Shown: positions 29,244 through 39,203 of the stretch, piece after piece
How positions within the stretch are numbered: the first letter of the stretch is position 1
Layout: each line of letters begins with the position of its first letter
Assembly (NCBI GenBank): GCA_016183325.1
Contig: JACPEV010000003.1
Coordinates: forward strand, 18,000 to 81,999
Direction: 5' to 3'
Length of the DNA stretch: 64,000 bases
DNA from: Candidatus Curtissbacteria bacterium
GTDB lineage: Bacteria > Patescibacteriota > Microgenomatia > Curtissbacterales > GWA2-41-24
The notes under the pieces: model-generated
Told to the model about the DNA's origin: nothing
What the model saw: the letters and a program-made list of their open reading frames with translations, nothing else
Databases searched by the model: none
Program-made: the position numbers and the translations under genes

Positions 29244-31115
29244 TTATATTTTTAATACAGCTAAGAATGCCTCTTGGGGAATATCTACTTGCCCAAAACG
29301 CCTCATTCTCTTTTTGCCTTTTTTCTGCTTCTCAAGTAGTTTCATTTTGCGGGTGACGTCGCCGCCGTAGAGTTTGGCGGTGACGTCTTTGCGGTACGAG
29401 GCGATTGTTTCTCGGGCGATGATTTTGCCCGCCCCCTTCGCCGAGGCTACGGAGGCCGAGCCGATGGCCGCCTGAATCGGTATAGGAATTTGTTGGCGAG
29501 GAATGGCATCTTTTAGTTTTTCGCAAAGTTTTCGGGCAATTTCTTCCGCGCGCACTCGCGGCACTATTTGGGACAGCCCTTCTATCGGTTCGTGGTTAAC
29601 CAGAATATCAAGTTTAACAAGATCGGCCGGGCGATAGTCTGCTATTTCAAAATCTAATGAGGCATAGCCCGAGGTTTGTGACTTGAGCTGATCATAGAAG
29701 CCGATTAAAAGTTCAAGAAGGGGAATTTTCGCTTCTATTTTTAAAAGATTGCCGATTGTTTCAAAATTTTCTTGCTCTCCCCTTTTATCGGTGATAAGCT
29801 TTGACACTACTCCCGAATAAGCCTGAGGAACAAATATCGTAACGCTGGCGATGGGCTCTTTGACGTTTTTTTCAGTCGGGTCAAAATCGCCGGCTTTGTT
29901 GATCAGTTTGTCGTTAACAATGAAATTGACAGAGGGAGAAGTTGTAATGATGTCCAGATCGTATTCACGCTCAAGGCGTTCTTGGGTGATTTGAGCATGC
30001 AAAAGTCCTAAAAAACCAATTCTGAATCCTTGGCCAAGACTGATGGAAGATTCTGTGGTGAAGCTAAGCGATGAATCATTTAGTTTGAGTTTTTCGAGTG
30101 CATCTTTGAGTTTGACAAGGTCTTTGGGGTCTGAGGGGTAAAATGACAGGAAAACAACAGGTTTGGCCGCTTGATAACCAGGAAGTGGTTGAGCCGGCGA
30201 TTTGGGATCGGTGATAGTATCTCCAACTTTTACTTTTGATAAATCTTTAAGGTTAGTTACAACAAAGGCGATCTCCCCGCTGGTTACGTTTTCGACGAAG
30301 TGGGGTTTGGGGGTAAGATAACCTATTTGCAAAATGGTGGCCTTGGCATTCGGGTTGGCCAAAAATAAAATCCGGTCCCCCACATTTATTCTGCCTCCAA
30401 AGACACGGACCGTTGCAACGACACCTTTGTAAGGGTCTAGGGAAGAATCGAAGATTAGTGCTTGGGGTTTGCTCACCCCCGGGGAGCCAGAGCTCACCCC
30501 GGGGGTGTTGCCTGGCGCAGGAATGCGGTCAATTATTGCACGAATAACTGCTTCGACACCCTCGCCGGTTCTGGCGGAGACTTTGATGATTTCTTTTTCG
30601 GAAAATCCAAGAGAGACCAGTTCTTGTGCCGTCTTTTCAATTTGAGCTTGTGGCAAATCAATTTTGTTAATCACCGGAATAATAGTTAAATTGGCTTCAA
30701 GGGCAAGATTAAAATTGGCCAAAGTTTGAGCTTGGATTCCCTGAGTTGCATCGACTACCAGAACTGCGCCTTCTACAGAAGCAAGTGATCGTGAAACTTC
30801 GTAGGAAAAGTCGACGTGGCCGGGAGTATCGATCAAATTCAAAACAAAGTTTTGAATTTGAGGTGAATCGTTAATGGTTAATGGTTCATCGGGAGATTCT
30901 TTTTCAATACGATTAACGATAAACGATGAACGATACACTAATCGTATGGCTTTCAACTTAATGGTGATGCCGTGTTCGCGCTCAAGCTCTAGGCTGTCGA
31001 GAAGTTGTTCTGGGTGATTTTGATCAACTGCACCGCAGATTTCCATGATACGGTCGGCAAGAGTCGATTTACCGTGGTCGACGTGGGCGATGAGGGCAAA
31101 ATTACGAATTTCCAT
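29244..31115 (-). CDS. lepA: Elongation factor 4 (LepA)
   Basis: [41 protein letters not shown]. Confidence 0.98.
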   Translation of the reverse strand: MEIRNFALIAHVDHGKSTLADRIMEICGAVDQNHPEQLLDSLELEREHGITIKLKAIRLVYRSSFIVNRIEKESPDEPLTINDSPQIQNFVLNLIDTPGHVDFSYEVSRSLASVEGAVLVVDATQGIQAQTLANFNLALEANLTIIPVINKIDLPQAQIEKTAQELVSLGFSEKEIIKVSARTGEGVEAVIRAIIDRIPAPGNTPGVSSGSPGVSKPQALIFDSSLDPYKGVVATVRVFGGRINVGDRILFLANPNAKATILQIGYLTPKPHFVENVTSGEIAFVVTNLKDLSKVKVGDTITDPKSPAQPLPGYQAAKPVVFLSFYPSDPKDLVKLKDALEKLKLNDSSLSFTTESSISLGQGFRIGFLGLLHAQITQERLEREYDLDIITTSPSVNFIVNDKLINKAGDFDPTEKNVKEPIASVTIFVPQAYSGVVSKLITDKRGEQENFETIGNLLKIEAKIPLLELLIGFYDQLKSQTSGYASLDFEIADYRPADLVKLDILVNHEPIEGLSQIVPRVRAEEIARKLCEKLKDAIPRQQIPIPIQAAIGSASVASAKGAGKIIARETIASYRKDVTAKLYGGDVTRKMKLLEKQKKGKKRMRRFGQVDIPQEAFLAVLKI

Positions 31116-31198
31116 TGTGGATTAGTATAACATCGAGTTAAGGCCAAATTCGCACTAGAAAGAAATTAGGTAACTACTCACCATTACTGATACATCAA

Positions 31199-31255
31199 TT
31201 ATTGTTCGAGGCTAACAGCCGAGAACTAAACTTCTCGCTCGCGCTCGAAGAATAG
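31199..31255 (+). repeat. Minimal MITE-like element (left and right GIY-YIG element ends only)
   Basis: TTATTGTTCGAG...GAGAACT-AA-ACTTCTC...TCGAAGAATAG. Confidence 0.8.
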
Positions 31256-31287
31256 AACCCTATCAATACCTGTGAGTAGTTACGAAA

Positions 31288-31426
31288 TTAGTTACTGGAA
31301 ATTTGATAATAGTAATGGAGAGTGGAAAATGGAAAATGACTTAATTAATGCTTTCCAATCTCCCTCAGGGCCGGGCCAGAGGCAAGTTTCGATTACCATT
31401 TTCCAGTTTCTAGTTACCAATCTCTA
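31288..31426. repeat. Left copy of the inverted repeat flanking murJ
   Basis: 34-bp core 31352-31385 is the exact reverse complement of 33170-33203. Confidence 0.85.
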
Positions 31427-31430
31427 AATT

Positions 31431-33098
31431 TCACGGGTTTGGCTGTTGGGCGTCGATAGAGGTTGGGGCGGGACTAACCAGGCGGGATGGTAAGGTGATG
31501 ACTTTTTTAACTAAATGATAAAAAATTACGACTTCTTTAACTTTGAGAAGCCAGGATAGAAAAATATAAACTGAAAGACCGATCAGGGTGGCGGTTGCTG
31601 TTAGAAAAATTAATCCGATGGTTCTGGTTGTGTCAAAGACAAGTTGATCTAGAAGTTTCATGGGGATATAGAGTGCAACTGCGGTTAAAAGTGCAATAAG
31701 GCCCATTTTGAATGCTGGAAGAAGTAGCTCTTTTTTGTTAAAAACTACTTTTTTATCCAAAAGATAGAGCAGCAAAATGGCGTTTAAAATGTTGCTTATA
31801 GAGTATGCTAGGGCAAGATAAATGATCGATAGTTTGAGAACTAAAATAAAAATCAGACTTAAGATGATGTTAATACTGACTGTAAAAACATTAACCTTTA
31901 CTGGAGTTAGACTATCTCTTATGGCATAAAATCCTCTCAAAAGAAGAAGACTGACGGCTTGGGCGGCAATACCTATCGAAAAGGCCATCAGCGTTCTGCC
32001 AGTTAAGACTGTGATCTCCCAGGGAAATTCGCGAGCACCGAAGACAAGACGTACAGCAGGAATTCTCAGAATTGCCAGGATGGCAGCAGCGGGCAAAATT
32101 AGAAAGAGAATCTGATGGAAGGAATCGATGAATATCTTTTTAAACTGTTCATATCTTTTGGCATTAAATTCAACAGAAAGTGAAGGCAGAGCTGCCTGGA
32201 CGATACTGCCAGCAAAAAGAGAGATTGGCAAAAGCTGTAAAACTTGGGCGAAGGTAAAGGTAACGATTGAACCTACGGCGACGACTGATGCAAGAGCTAT
32301 GTTTATAATGTCAGAAATTCTAAGAAGAGCAAGAGATATCGACCTTGGCCACATTAAAGCAAATACTTCACGAACATCTTTATTTTTAAAATCCAAGATA
32401 AACGTCACTCGAAACCCTAGGGAAAGAGCGAGTGGCAATTGAATAACCAAATGCAGAAGAGCGCCTAGGACCATACCAACCGCGGGAGCGTAAATGCCCA
32501 AAACAGGAGCTAAAAAAATGATTGAGATAATAATACCGACGTTATAAAAAATCGAGGCAATTGCTGGAATAATGAATCTTTGAAATGATTGGAGAATACC
32601 TGTCAAAAAAATCGAGCCGACAAAGAAAAGTTGGGCAAAAATCATGATACGCATGAGACGGGCGATTAGTGGTTTGGTAAGAGGATCTTGATCCACAAGG
32701 CCAGGAGCAACGATAGGTGCTATAAAATCGGCAGTGGCGACGATTAAAATAGCAAAAATAACAAAAACTAAAAGGGCAGTAGAAATCATGGTGGATGAAA
32801 AATTCCAAGCTTTTTCGAGCTTGTCGTGGGAGAGAAATTTGGAGAAAACTGGAATGAAAGCCAAGGCAATTGTTCCGAAGATCAAAACTTCAAATATGGC
32901 ATCGGGTACGATTGAGGCAGCGATGAAGCTATCCAGAAGATGAATATTATCACCAAAGTAAGAGGCTAAAAGACGGTAGCGGATCAGTCCTAAGATCCTG
33001 GAGATGGCGACCGAGGCAACGATAACAAAGGCGGCAGTAAGGATATTTTCTTGTTTTCTCTTGAAAAAATCAGTGCCATTTTTGAGGATGTACAGCAT
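31431..33098 (-). CDS. murJ: Lipid II flippase MurJ (MviN)
   Basis: SRILGLIR, AFIPVFS, ALPSLS, RGFYA..D..TP; many TM helices. Confidence 0.93.
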   Translation of the reverse strand: MLYILKNGTDFFKRKQENILTAAFVIVASVAISRILGLIRYRLLASYFGDNIHLLDSFIAASIVPDAIFEVLIFGTIALAFIPVFSKFLSHDKLEKAWNFSSTMISTALLVFVIFAILIVATADFIAPIVAPGLVDQDPLTKPLIARLMRIMIFAQLFFVGSIFLTGILQSFQRFIIPAIASIFYNVGIIISIIFLAPVLGIYAPAVGMVLGALLHLVIQLPLALSLGFRVTFILDFKNKDVREVFALMWPRSISLALLRISDIINIALASVVAVGSIVTFTFAQVLQLLPISLFAGSIVQAALPSLSVEFNAKRYEQFKKIFIDSFHQILFLILPAAAILAILRIPAVRLVFGAREFPWEITVLTGRTLMAFSIGIAAQAVSLLLLRGFYAIRDSLTPVKVNVFTVSINIILSLIFILVLKLSIIYLALAYSISNILNAILLLYLLDKKVVFNKKELLLPAFKMGLIALLTAVALYIPMKLLDQLVFDTTRTIGLIFLTATATLIGLSVYIFLSWLLKVKEVVIFYHLVKKVITLPSRLVSPAPTSIDAQQPNP

Positions 33099-33128
33099 TG
33101 TGGTAGAATACTTGCGAAACTCGAAACC

Positions 33129-33304
33129 TAGAAATTGGTTACTGGAAACTGGAAATTGGTAATGGAAATTTGCCTCTGGCCCGGCCCTGAGGGAGATTGG
33201 AAATTAGTTAGGAGCTATTTTCCCATTTTCTACTTTCCACTTTCCATTACTACTTTCTCTTTTTCAAGAAAAAATATGCTCTCATATTTTCCAGTAACTA
33301 TTTT
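33129..33304. repeat. Right copy of the inverted repeat flanking murJ
   Basis: Inverted match to 31288-31426. Confidence 0.85.
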
Positions 33305-33363
33305 CGCCTTGATTCTGATTTCGTGCTTAGGATTTCGGATTTTGTAGAGTAATCTTAATAGAT

Positions 33364-33636
33364 ATGCCGGTAACAAAACAAGCAATCAAAAAGGTTAGGC
33401 AAGACAGGCGAAAGACTGTTTATAACCTTCGTGTGAAGAAGATCTATAAGGCAACGGTCTCGGCTTTTGGCAAGAAGCCGACAATTGCAGGTTTAAGTGC
33501 TGTTTATAGAGCTTTAGATAGGGCTGCTAAGGTTAATGTCATCCATAAAAACAAGGCTTCAAGGCTTAAATCCAGATTATCGAAATTGATAAAGGTGAAA
33601 AAGGTGAGTAAGAAATCGGCGGGCGCGAAAACATAA
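33364..33636 (+). CDS. rpsT: 30S ribosomal protein S20
   Basis: AIKKVRQ, LDRAAKVNVIHKNKASRLKSRL. Confidence 0.96.
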   Translation: MPVTKQAIKKVRQDRRKTVYNLRVKKIYKATVSAFGKKPTIAGLSAVYRALDRAAKVNVIHKNKASRLKSRLSKLIKVKKVSKKSAGAKT

Positions 33637-33682
33637 TTTGCTTGACAAAAGGTTGCTTCCCATATTACGCTAGATAAAGAGT

Positions 33683-33970
33683 ATGAAAAAACTTGCCCGC
33701 CTAGACTCGAATAAATCTGGAAATTCAAACCCTCGCTTGGCGAGGCTGGCCCGCTTGATAGGTTTCTCTTCTTCAGTAGGAATTGCGCTTTCTAGGGTTG
33801 GTAGTATTTTTGCCCAGTCTCCTTCAGCTGCTCCGGCAACTGGCGGTGGAGCAACTAGCGGAGCACTGCCTTCTGCAGGCACAACTGAGTTGACTTATAT
33901 TCTATTTCTGGGAGGAGTAATACTGTTTGTTTTTGGAACCATAAAACTTCTTTTGAGCTTCCGGGATTAG
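33683..33970 (+). CDS. Small exported/membrane protein with an LPxAG-TM sorting-like signal
   Basis: FAQ...GALPSAG followed by TM; TTGACA promoter upstream; N-terminus contains a palindromic repeat. Confidence 0.6.
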   Translation: MKKLARLDSNKSGNSNPRLARLARLIGFSSSVGIALSRVGSIFAQSPSAAPATGGGATSGALPSAGTTELTYILFLGGVILFVFGTIKLLLSFRD

Positions 33971-35103
33971 TTTTCTTCTAATTTAAAAATTTCTCCTTGA
34001 ACGTATTCGGCCAGGTCTGTCCAGCTACCACCTTTGGGGACAAGAACAAATTGGCCTTGGTAACTTGCCGGATCGCCGGATTCCAGGACTGATTCTTTTC
34101 TACCTTGATCTAAAACCACACGTCTTATCGTGGAAGGATCGATTTTTTGGAAAAGTTTTAGAAAAAGAGGAACGTCGCTGCTTGAGACGTCAGTATCTAT
34201 GGACTGGCCAAAGGTATTGGCCAGATCAAGTATTGTTTTTGGACTGGCAAAGGTTTCTTGCGAAATTACTTTTTGGCGGAAGGCAAGAATAATTTTTTGC
34301 TGGCGGGCAGAGCGAGCGAAGTCGGAGCCCTCGTCATTTGTGCCATATCGAGATCTGACAAATTTTAGGGCAGTGACTCCATCAAAATGGGCTGGGCCTT
34401 TTTTAAAGGTAATAGTTTCGTAGCGGCAGGTGAAAGGGTTGTTTTGATCGTTAATTTCGGAAAGCAGCATTGCTGATCCGGTTGCATCTTTAACAACTTT
34501 TACAATTTGGCTATCTTTTTCTTGATCTTCAATAGTTAGTCCACAAGTATCTTCTTCTTTGCTGGGAATCGGGTATTTGGGATCAGTGAAAGTATTTTCT
34601 ACTTCAAGATCGAGACCGCCGACTTGATCTATTGCTTTTGTAAAACCATCAAACTCTACACGCAGGGCATAATGCGCGGGAATACCGAAAAGTTCGCTGA
34701 CTGTTTTTTTGGCCTGCTGTAAGCCCTGACCTTTTTCTTGACCGAAAGCGTAAGCAGCGTTGATTTTTGCGCCTTGTGATGGAGCCCAAAGATCTCTCGG
34801 TATGGAAATTAAAACAACATCTTTACCATTCTTTTCAATCGAAGCCAAAATAATAGTATCAGTAAGATCAGGCCCTTCGTGCCCAGCACCGCCAGTGCCG
34901 AGTAGTAAAATGTTTATTCTCCCATTATCATTTTTAAGTCCTGTGTCAGTAATTAACTGAATAACTGTAGCTGGACCTTTAAAAATATACTTATCGAGAT
35001 TAAAAAATTTAATTAAAATAACTGCAAGGATTGTCAAAATTGCAGAAAAAGCCAGAATATTAAATACTGAAATTCTCCTTTTTTTGGAGCCTAGGTCGCT
35101 CAT
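33967..35103 (-). CDS. LytR-CpsA-Psr (LCP) family protein
   Basis: LTDTII, ISIPRDLW, KINAAYA, FVRSR, SDFARSARQQ. Confidence 0.93.
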   Translation of the reverse strand: MSDLGSKKRRISVFNILAFSAILTILAVILIKFFNLDKYIFKGPATVIQLITDTGLKNDNGRINILLLGTGGAGHEGPDLTDTIILASIEKNGKDVVLISIPRDLWAPSQGAKINAAYAFGQEKGQGLQQAKKTVSELFGIPAHYALRVEFDGFTKAIDQVGGLDLEVENTFTDPKYPIPSKEEDTCGLTIEDQEKDSQIVKVVKDATGSAMLLSEINDQNNPFTCRYETITFKKGPAHFDGVTALKFVRSRYGTNDEGSDFARSARQQKIILAFRQKVISQETFASPKTILDLANTFGQSIDTDVSSSDVPLFLKLFQKIDPSTIRRVVLDQGRKESVLESGDPASYQGQFVLVPKGGSWTDLAEYVQGEIFKLEEN

Positions 35104-35108
35104 AATTT

Positions 35109-35825
35109 TTAAGCGGCGGAGTTTAAGATCTGTATAAAATTCTGGGGATCAAGGCTATTTGTACCTACCAAGGCTCCGTTAATCATCCCTTTTTCCAAAA
35201 AAGATTTTGTGTTCTCGGGAGTAACGGATCCTCCATAGACAACAACATAGTCGCCTTTGGCCAGCTTCGCACGCCCGCTCCGACTCGGAATCGAGGCGAG
35301 CGCAGCGAGGCGAGCTTTTAGCGTTTCGCTTACCGCCTTGGCGTTTTCGGGAGTGTCGGGATTACCGGTACCGATGGCGAAAACAGGTTCATAGGCAACT
35401 ATTTCGATGCCTTGCGGAATTGGGGTGTCTGGTCCCTGGACACAAAAGATGGGAGTAATACCAGCTTTTTGGGCATTTAGAACTTTTTGGACAAGAATGT
35501 CGTCTGTTTCTGCAAAATTCTGGCGTCTTTCGGAATGACCAATGATGGCATAGCTGACAAGACCTGCAATTTGAGAAGCGGCAACTTCACCGGTGTAGGC
35601 GCCTTGTTCAAATCGGGAGATATCTTGTGCTCCCAGTTTCAATGAAGAAGAAAGCGACGCCAGTTTTTGGTTTGCTGAGGCAATAAATGTGGCGGTAGGA
35701 CAAACAATGATTGTGCCGGGAAATGAGCCTGTCCCCTTAGTTATTTCTTCAAGCCAAAGGCTCATTTCGTCCCAAGTTTTGTTGGCCTTGAGATTGGCAA
35801 TAACTAGCGGCAGCCGATCATTCAT
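35109..35825 (-). CDS. tpiA: Triosephosphate isomerase
   Basis: ANLK, GAYTGE, IIGHSERR, AYEPVFAIGTG, YGGSV. Confidence 0.96.
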   Translation of the reverse strand: MNDRLPLVIANLKANKTWDEMSLWLEEITKGTGSFPGTIIVCPTATFIASANQKLASLSSSLKLGAQDISRFEQGAYTGEVAASQIAGLVSYAIIGHSERRQNFAETDDILVQKVLNAQKAGITPIFCVQGPDTPIPQGIEIVAYEPVFAIGTGNPDTPENAKAVSETLKARLAALASIPSRSGRAKLAKGDYVVVYGGSVTPENTKSFLEKGMINGALVGTNSLDPQNFIQILNSAA

Positions 35826-36081
35826 GTTTGGAGATAATATTTATTAAGTTTTCTTTTGAGGTGGCTCCAATTATTCTTTCGAGTTCTTTGTCATCTTTGA
35901 TGATGATATAGGTGGGGATGGACATGACACCGTATTTGGCAGTTAGCTCTTGGTTTTCATCGACATTGATTTTTTCAATTTGGACTTTTCCGGTAAGCTC
36001 TTTTTCCAGCTCGTCCATAATCGGCTCCATAAATTTACATGGGGCGCACCACTCGGCCCAAAAATCTAAAAGTTTTAGCAT
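35818..36081 (-). CDS. trxA: Thioredoxin
   Basis: DFWAEWCAPCK. Confidence 0.93.
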   Translation of the reverse strand: MLKLLDFWAEWCAPCKFMEPIMDELEKELTGKVQIEKINVDENQELTAKYGVMSIPTYIIIKDDKELERIIGATSKENLINIISKHE

Positions 36082-36306
36082 ACTTGTGTAATTATACAAA
36101 AATGCCCCAAGTTTCGTCAGTTGCAGGAATTTAAAGAAGTAAACTATACAAATTTCTGACGATCGTCAAAGAACAGTATAAATTAAATTTGATACTATGA
36201 TTCGAATCATTAGAACAATTGCTGCTAAACAAATCCAGCAATTTAATAATAAAACAATAGAACAATTATTATAATCTATAAATTTGAAGAGGGAGAAGAT
36301 ATTAGT

Positions 36307-37182
36307 TTATATTTTTGTATAGTATTTTTCATTTGTTCCATAAACAGTACAGGTATGTGCACCAACAGACAAACTTAGCTTAGGGACAGGGTATGATTTG
36401 TCCTTAATGGAATAAAATTTCCAATCTTTACTTAAATCTTCTATAGCGGCACTAGAGCTCGGCTCACCCCAAACTACAAGTGTTCCCGGGACAAATTTCT
36501 GATACTCTTTATATTCGTTTCTATGCTCTTTTAAATATTTTTCTGCACATTCAATTGCTTCTTCAGGAGAATAGTCAATATTGGCTATAGATAATTCTGG
36601 ATCGTTAATCTTAAAGTGCTCGGGCAAATCCCAATAAACATTACAAGTTTGAGCCCCAACGTAAAAATTGGGACTAAAGGGAAATTTTTCGGGCTTGGTT
36701 TTATGATTCATATACATGAAGTAGCAGAATTTGTCTTCTTTGCTATATTTGCTGTTTTTTTCTAAAAGTTGTGAGCAAGAATAAGACTCTTTTCCCGATT
36801 CTTTATCATCAATAATTAGACTGCTCAAGATGGGATATACGATTTGGTTTTCAGCTACGAAATCCTTTACGCATTGCTTAGCTTGTTCAGGTGTAACCTC
36901 TTTATATTCGTCTTTTAAATAGAGATCCTTATATTCACAAGTATAACCTCCTAACACACATCCAAAATTATCACTCCCTCCTCCGCAATAAGCAGCTAAA
37001 TTACACTTATCTTTAGGACAACCATTTTCCATTGAACAGTAAGAGAAAAGTACGTTGGGAACTGGGTTAGTATAGAGGATTTGTCTAGAAATGGATCTAG
37101 AGTGGATGAAATAAAAGATTCCACCTGTTACAAGTAGTCCTATTACAACCAAGATTAAAATCGGAGCAAAACCGCGGCGCAC
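36307..37182 (-). CDS. Cys-rich surface protein with prepilin-like leader (MRRGFAPILIL)
   Basis: Probable GTG start at 37182; RRG|FA class III-like leader plus TM; variable Cys-rich body. Confidence 0.75.
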   Translation of the reverse strand: MRRGFAPILILVVIGLLVTGGIFYFIHSRSISRQILYTNPVPNVLFSYCSMENGCPKDKCNLAAYCGGGSDNFGCVLGGYTCEYKDLYLKDEYKEVTPEQAKQCVKDFVAENQIVYPILSSLIIDDKESGKESYSCSQLLEKNSKYSKEDKFCYFMYMNHKTKPEKFPFSPNFYVGAQTCNVYWDLPEHFKINDPELSIANIDYSPEEAIECAEKYLKEHRNEYKEYQKFVPGTLVVWGEPSSSAAIEDLSKDWKFYSIKDKSYPVPKLSLSVGAHTCTVYGTNEKYYTKI

Positions 37183-37249
37183 AATTTTATAATTGCACTT
37201 TTTACGGCCGTTGACAATGGAGAACATCTGTGTGTATAATTGTGTGTAT

Positions 37250-37489
37250 ATGAGAACAAATGTAATTTTACCTGATGATTTAATTGCAGAAATAGATAAG
37301 ATAGCGGGCGCCAGAAAAAGAAGTAAATTCTTAGAAGAAGCCGCACGTGATCGGATTGAGTCAGAAAAATTAATGGATGCTTTTGAAAAAGCTCGAGGTA
37401 TTTTGAAGAACGATCCCAGATTTGCCACCAGAGCTAAAGTCCGCAAGTATATTCGTGACTTCAGACGCAAAAATAGTTACAGATTCTAA
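37250..37489 (+). CDS. RHH antitoxin
   Basis: MRTNVILPDDL..RSKF; TTGACA/TATAAT promoter. Confidence 0.85.
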   Translation: MRTNVILPDDLIAEIDKIAGARKRSKFLEEAARDRIESEKLMDAFEKARGILKNDPRFATRAKVRKYIRDFRRKNSYRF

Positions 37490-37491
37490 TC

Positions 37492-37869
37492 ATGCCCGTG
37501 GTTAGATATCTTCTTGACTCCGACGTAATCATAGAATATCTAAAAGATAACAGAGAAACAGTCACGCTTATAAATAAGACTGGTGGTAAAGGGTTATCTT
37601 GCAGCGTTTTAACTATTATTGAGGTTAAACGAGGCGTGAGACCAAAACAAGAAGCTACTTCAGCAGATTTATTCAAAATAATCAAAGCTTACCCTGTGGA
37701 TAAACAGATTGCAGAACTTGCTGTTGCTTTTGCACGGGAATGGCAGGGAAAGGGCAAATTTTTGCAGCTAGTTGATGCTTGCATTGCCGCAACTTGTGTT
37801 ATCTACGATTTGACTCTGGTTACGTATAACAAGCGTGATTATCCGATGAAAGAGCTGAGGATAATTTAG
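37492..37869 (+). CDS. vapC: PIN-domain (VapC) toxin
   Basis: YLLDSDV, DACIAATC, LVTYNKRDY. Confidence 0.92.
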   Translation: MPVVRYLLDSDVIIEYLKDNRETVTLINKTGGKGLSCSVLTIIEVKRGVRPKQEATSADLFKIIKAYPVDKQIAELAVAFAREWQGKGKFLQLVDACIAATCVIYDLTLVTYNKRDYPMKELRII

Positions 37870-37953
37870 TCGAGGAATTTGTCCACCTAATCTTACCTCA
37901 AGTCTTTTCATCCGCCAGTTGGCGGAACGACTTGAAGAGCGATCTTTGGCGGA

Positions 37954-38020
37954 TCAGTCTATAAACTGAAAGGTGGAGAGGATTTGGTTGAATTAAAATC
38001 GGAGCAAAACCGCGGCGCAT
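37954..38020 (-). repeat. 67-nt 'empty' head::tail unit 1 (MRRGFAPILI / FNQILSTFQFID*)
   Basis: Leader codons joined out of frame to the conserved tail motif. Confidence 0.85.
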
Positions 38021-38138
38021 ACTTTTATCTTGGCAGTTTTGGCGCAGTTTTACAAATTCTGACATAACTACTCGCGTAGTTACTTACAAAGTAATGGATA
38101 TTGACAAATGTAATGCAATTTGTTAAATTTAATGCATT

Positions 38139-38390
38139 ATGAGCTATATTGTTTCCATCACCTCACAAGGGCAAATTAGCATCCCGGCAAAAATACGTCG
38201 AGAGCTTGGATTGGATAAAAAGAAAAAGGCATTAGTGACGGTCAAGGAAGGAAATATTGTCGTGGAACCTGTAAAGGATTTGCTGGAACTGCGAGGTTCA
38301 TTAAAAACTACTATAAAAGCGACCCGTAAACAAATTCGTGATGCGTTCGAAACGTATCTGGGGAAAGAAGCTGTTAAAGGGATAAGGTGA
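38139..38390 (+). CDS. AbrB/MazE-type antitoxin
   Basis: ITSQGQISIPAKIRRELG. Confidence 0.9.
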   Translation: MSYIVSITSQGQISIPAKIRRELGLDKKKKALVTVKEGNIVVEPVKDLLELRGSLKTTIKATRKQIRDAFETYLGKEAVKGIR

Positions 38391-38770
38391 CGAGAACTGT
38401 TATTGACGCAAATGCTTTCCTAAGACTTCTATTGGACGATATCCCAAGCCAAGCAGATCAAATTCAAAAGATTCTTCTTGAAGCGAAGAAAAATAAAAAG
38501 GAGTTGTTAGTACCGCAGATTATTATTTTTGAAATAGTGTTTGCTCTCGAGAAATATTATCATTTTCCTAAACAAAAAATTGTAGATAATATTAAGTCAA
38601 TTTTAGCAATGAGGTATTTTAAAATTCAAGACAGAGAAATCTTTAAAAGGGCAATAGATCTTTTTGATAAAAAGAATGTTTCATTAACTGATTGTTTTCT
38701 TGTGTATTTTGTACAGCACAACGATGCAAATCTCTTCAGTTTCGATAAAGATTTAAAGAAATTACAGTAA
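38387..38770 (+). CDS. vapC: PIN-domain (VapC) toxin
   Basis: VIDANAF, SLTDCF, FSFDKDL. Confidence 0.9.
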   Translation: MTRTVIDANAFLRLLLDDIPSQADQIQKILLEAKKNKKELLVPQIIIFEIVFALEKYYHFPKQKIVDNIKSILAMRYFKIQDREIFKRAIDLFDKKNVSLTDCFLVYFVQHNDANLFSFDKDLKKLQ

Positions 38771-38832
38771 AAGATAAGCTTCATTACTCTTTAAAGTAGA
38801 TTAGTCGGGGGATTGATCCTACTTTTAGCGGA

Positions 38833-38899
38833 TCAGTTAATAAACTGAAAGGTGGAGAGGATTTGGTTGAATTAAAATCGGGGCAAAACCGCGGCGCAT
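38833..38899 (-). repeat. 67-nt 'empty' head::tail unit 2 (MRRGFAPILI / FNQILSTFQFIN*)
   Basis: Same junction as unit 1, with 3 substitutions. Confidence 0.85.
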
Positions 38900-39040
38900 A
38901 CTTTTATCATGGCAGTTGGAGAGAAAAGAGTCAAAGTTTCAATGAGTCTATGAAATACCAAAACCACGCAATAGCGTGAAAGTGGTATGTGGACCGTTTT
39001 GGTTGCTAGGGTAAACTCAGTGATGAATCTTACAGCACAT

Positions 39041-39128
39041 TGTCATTGCGAGGAGTCCTTCGACTTCTCTCAGGACGAGAAAGCAATCTAATACATAAAA
39101 AATTGATTCGTTTCACTCGCGATGACAA
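39041..39128. repeat. TGTCATTGCGAG...CTCGCGATGACA palindromic element with nested CCTTCGAC...CAGGAC unit
   Basis: Terminal inverted repeats visible in the sequence. Confidence 0.7.
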
Positions 39129-39203
39129 ATGTAATTATCCAGTTTAAAGATCTAAAGGTGAAGCAGATTTGTTTCTAACTTAATGGGATTTCTCACTAAA
39201 AAG

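Noticed and set aside
37183-37470. N-terminal 96 aa of the 387-aa ORF
   Set aside because: Antisense to the RHH antitoxin; the repeated leader indicates the true start is GTG 37182
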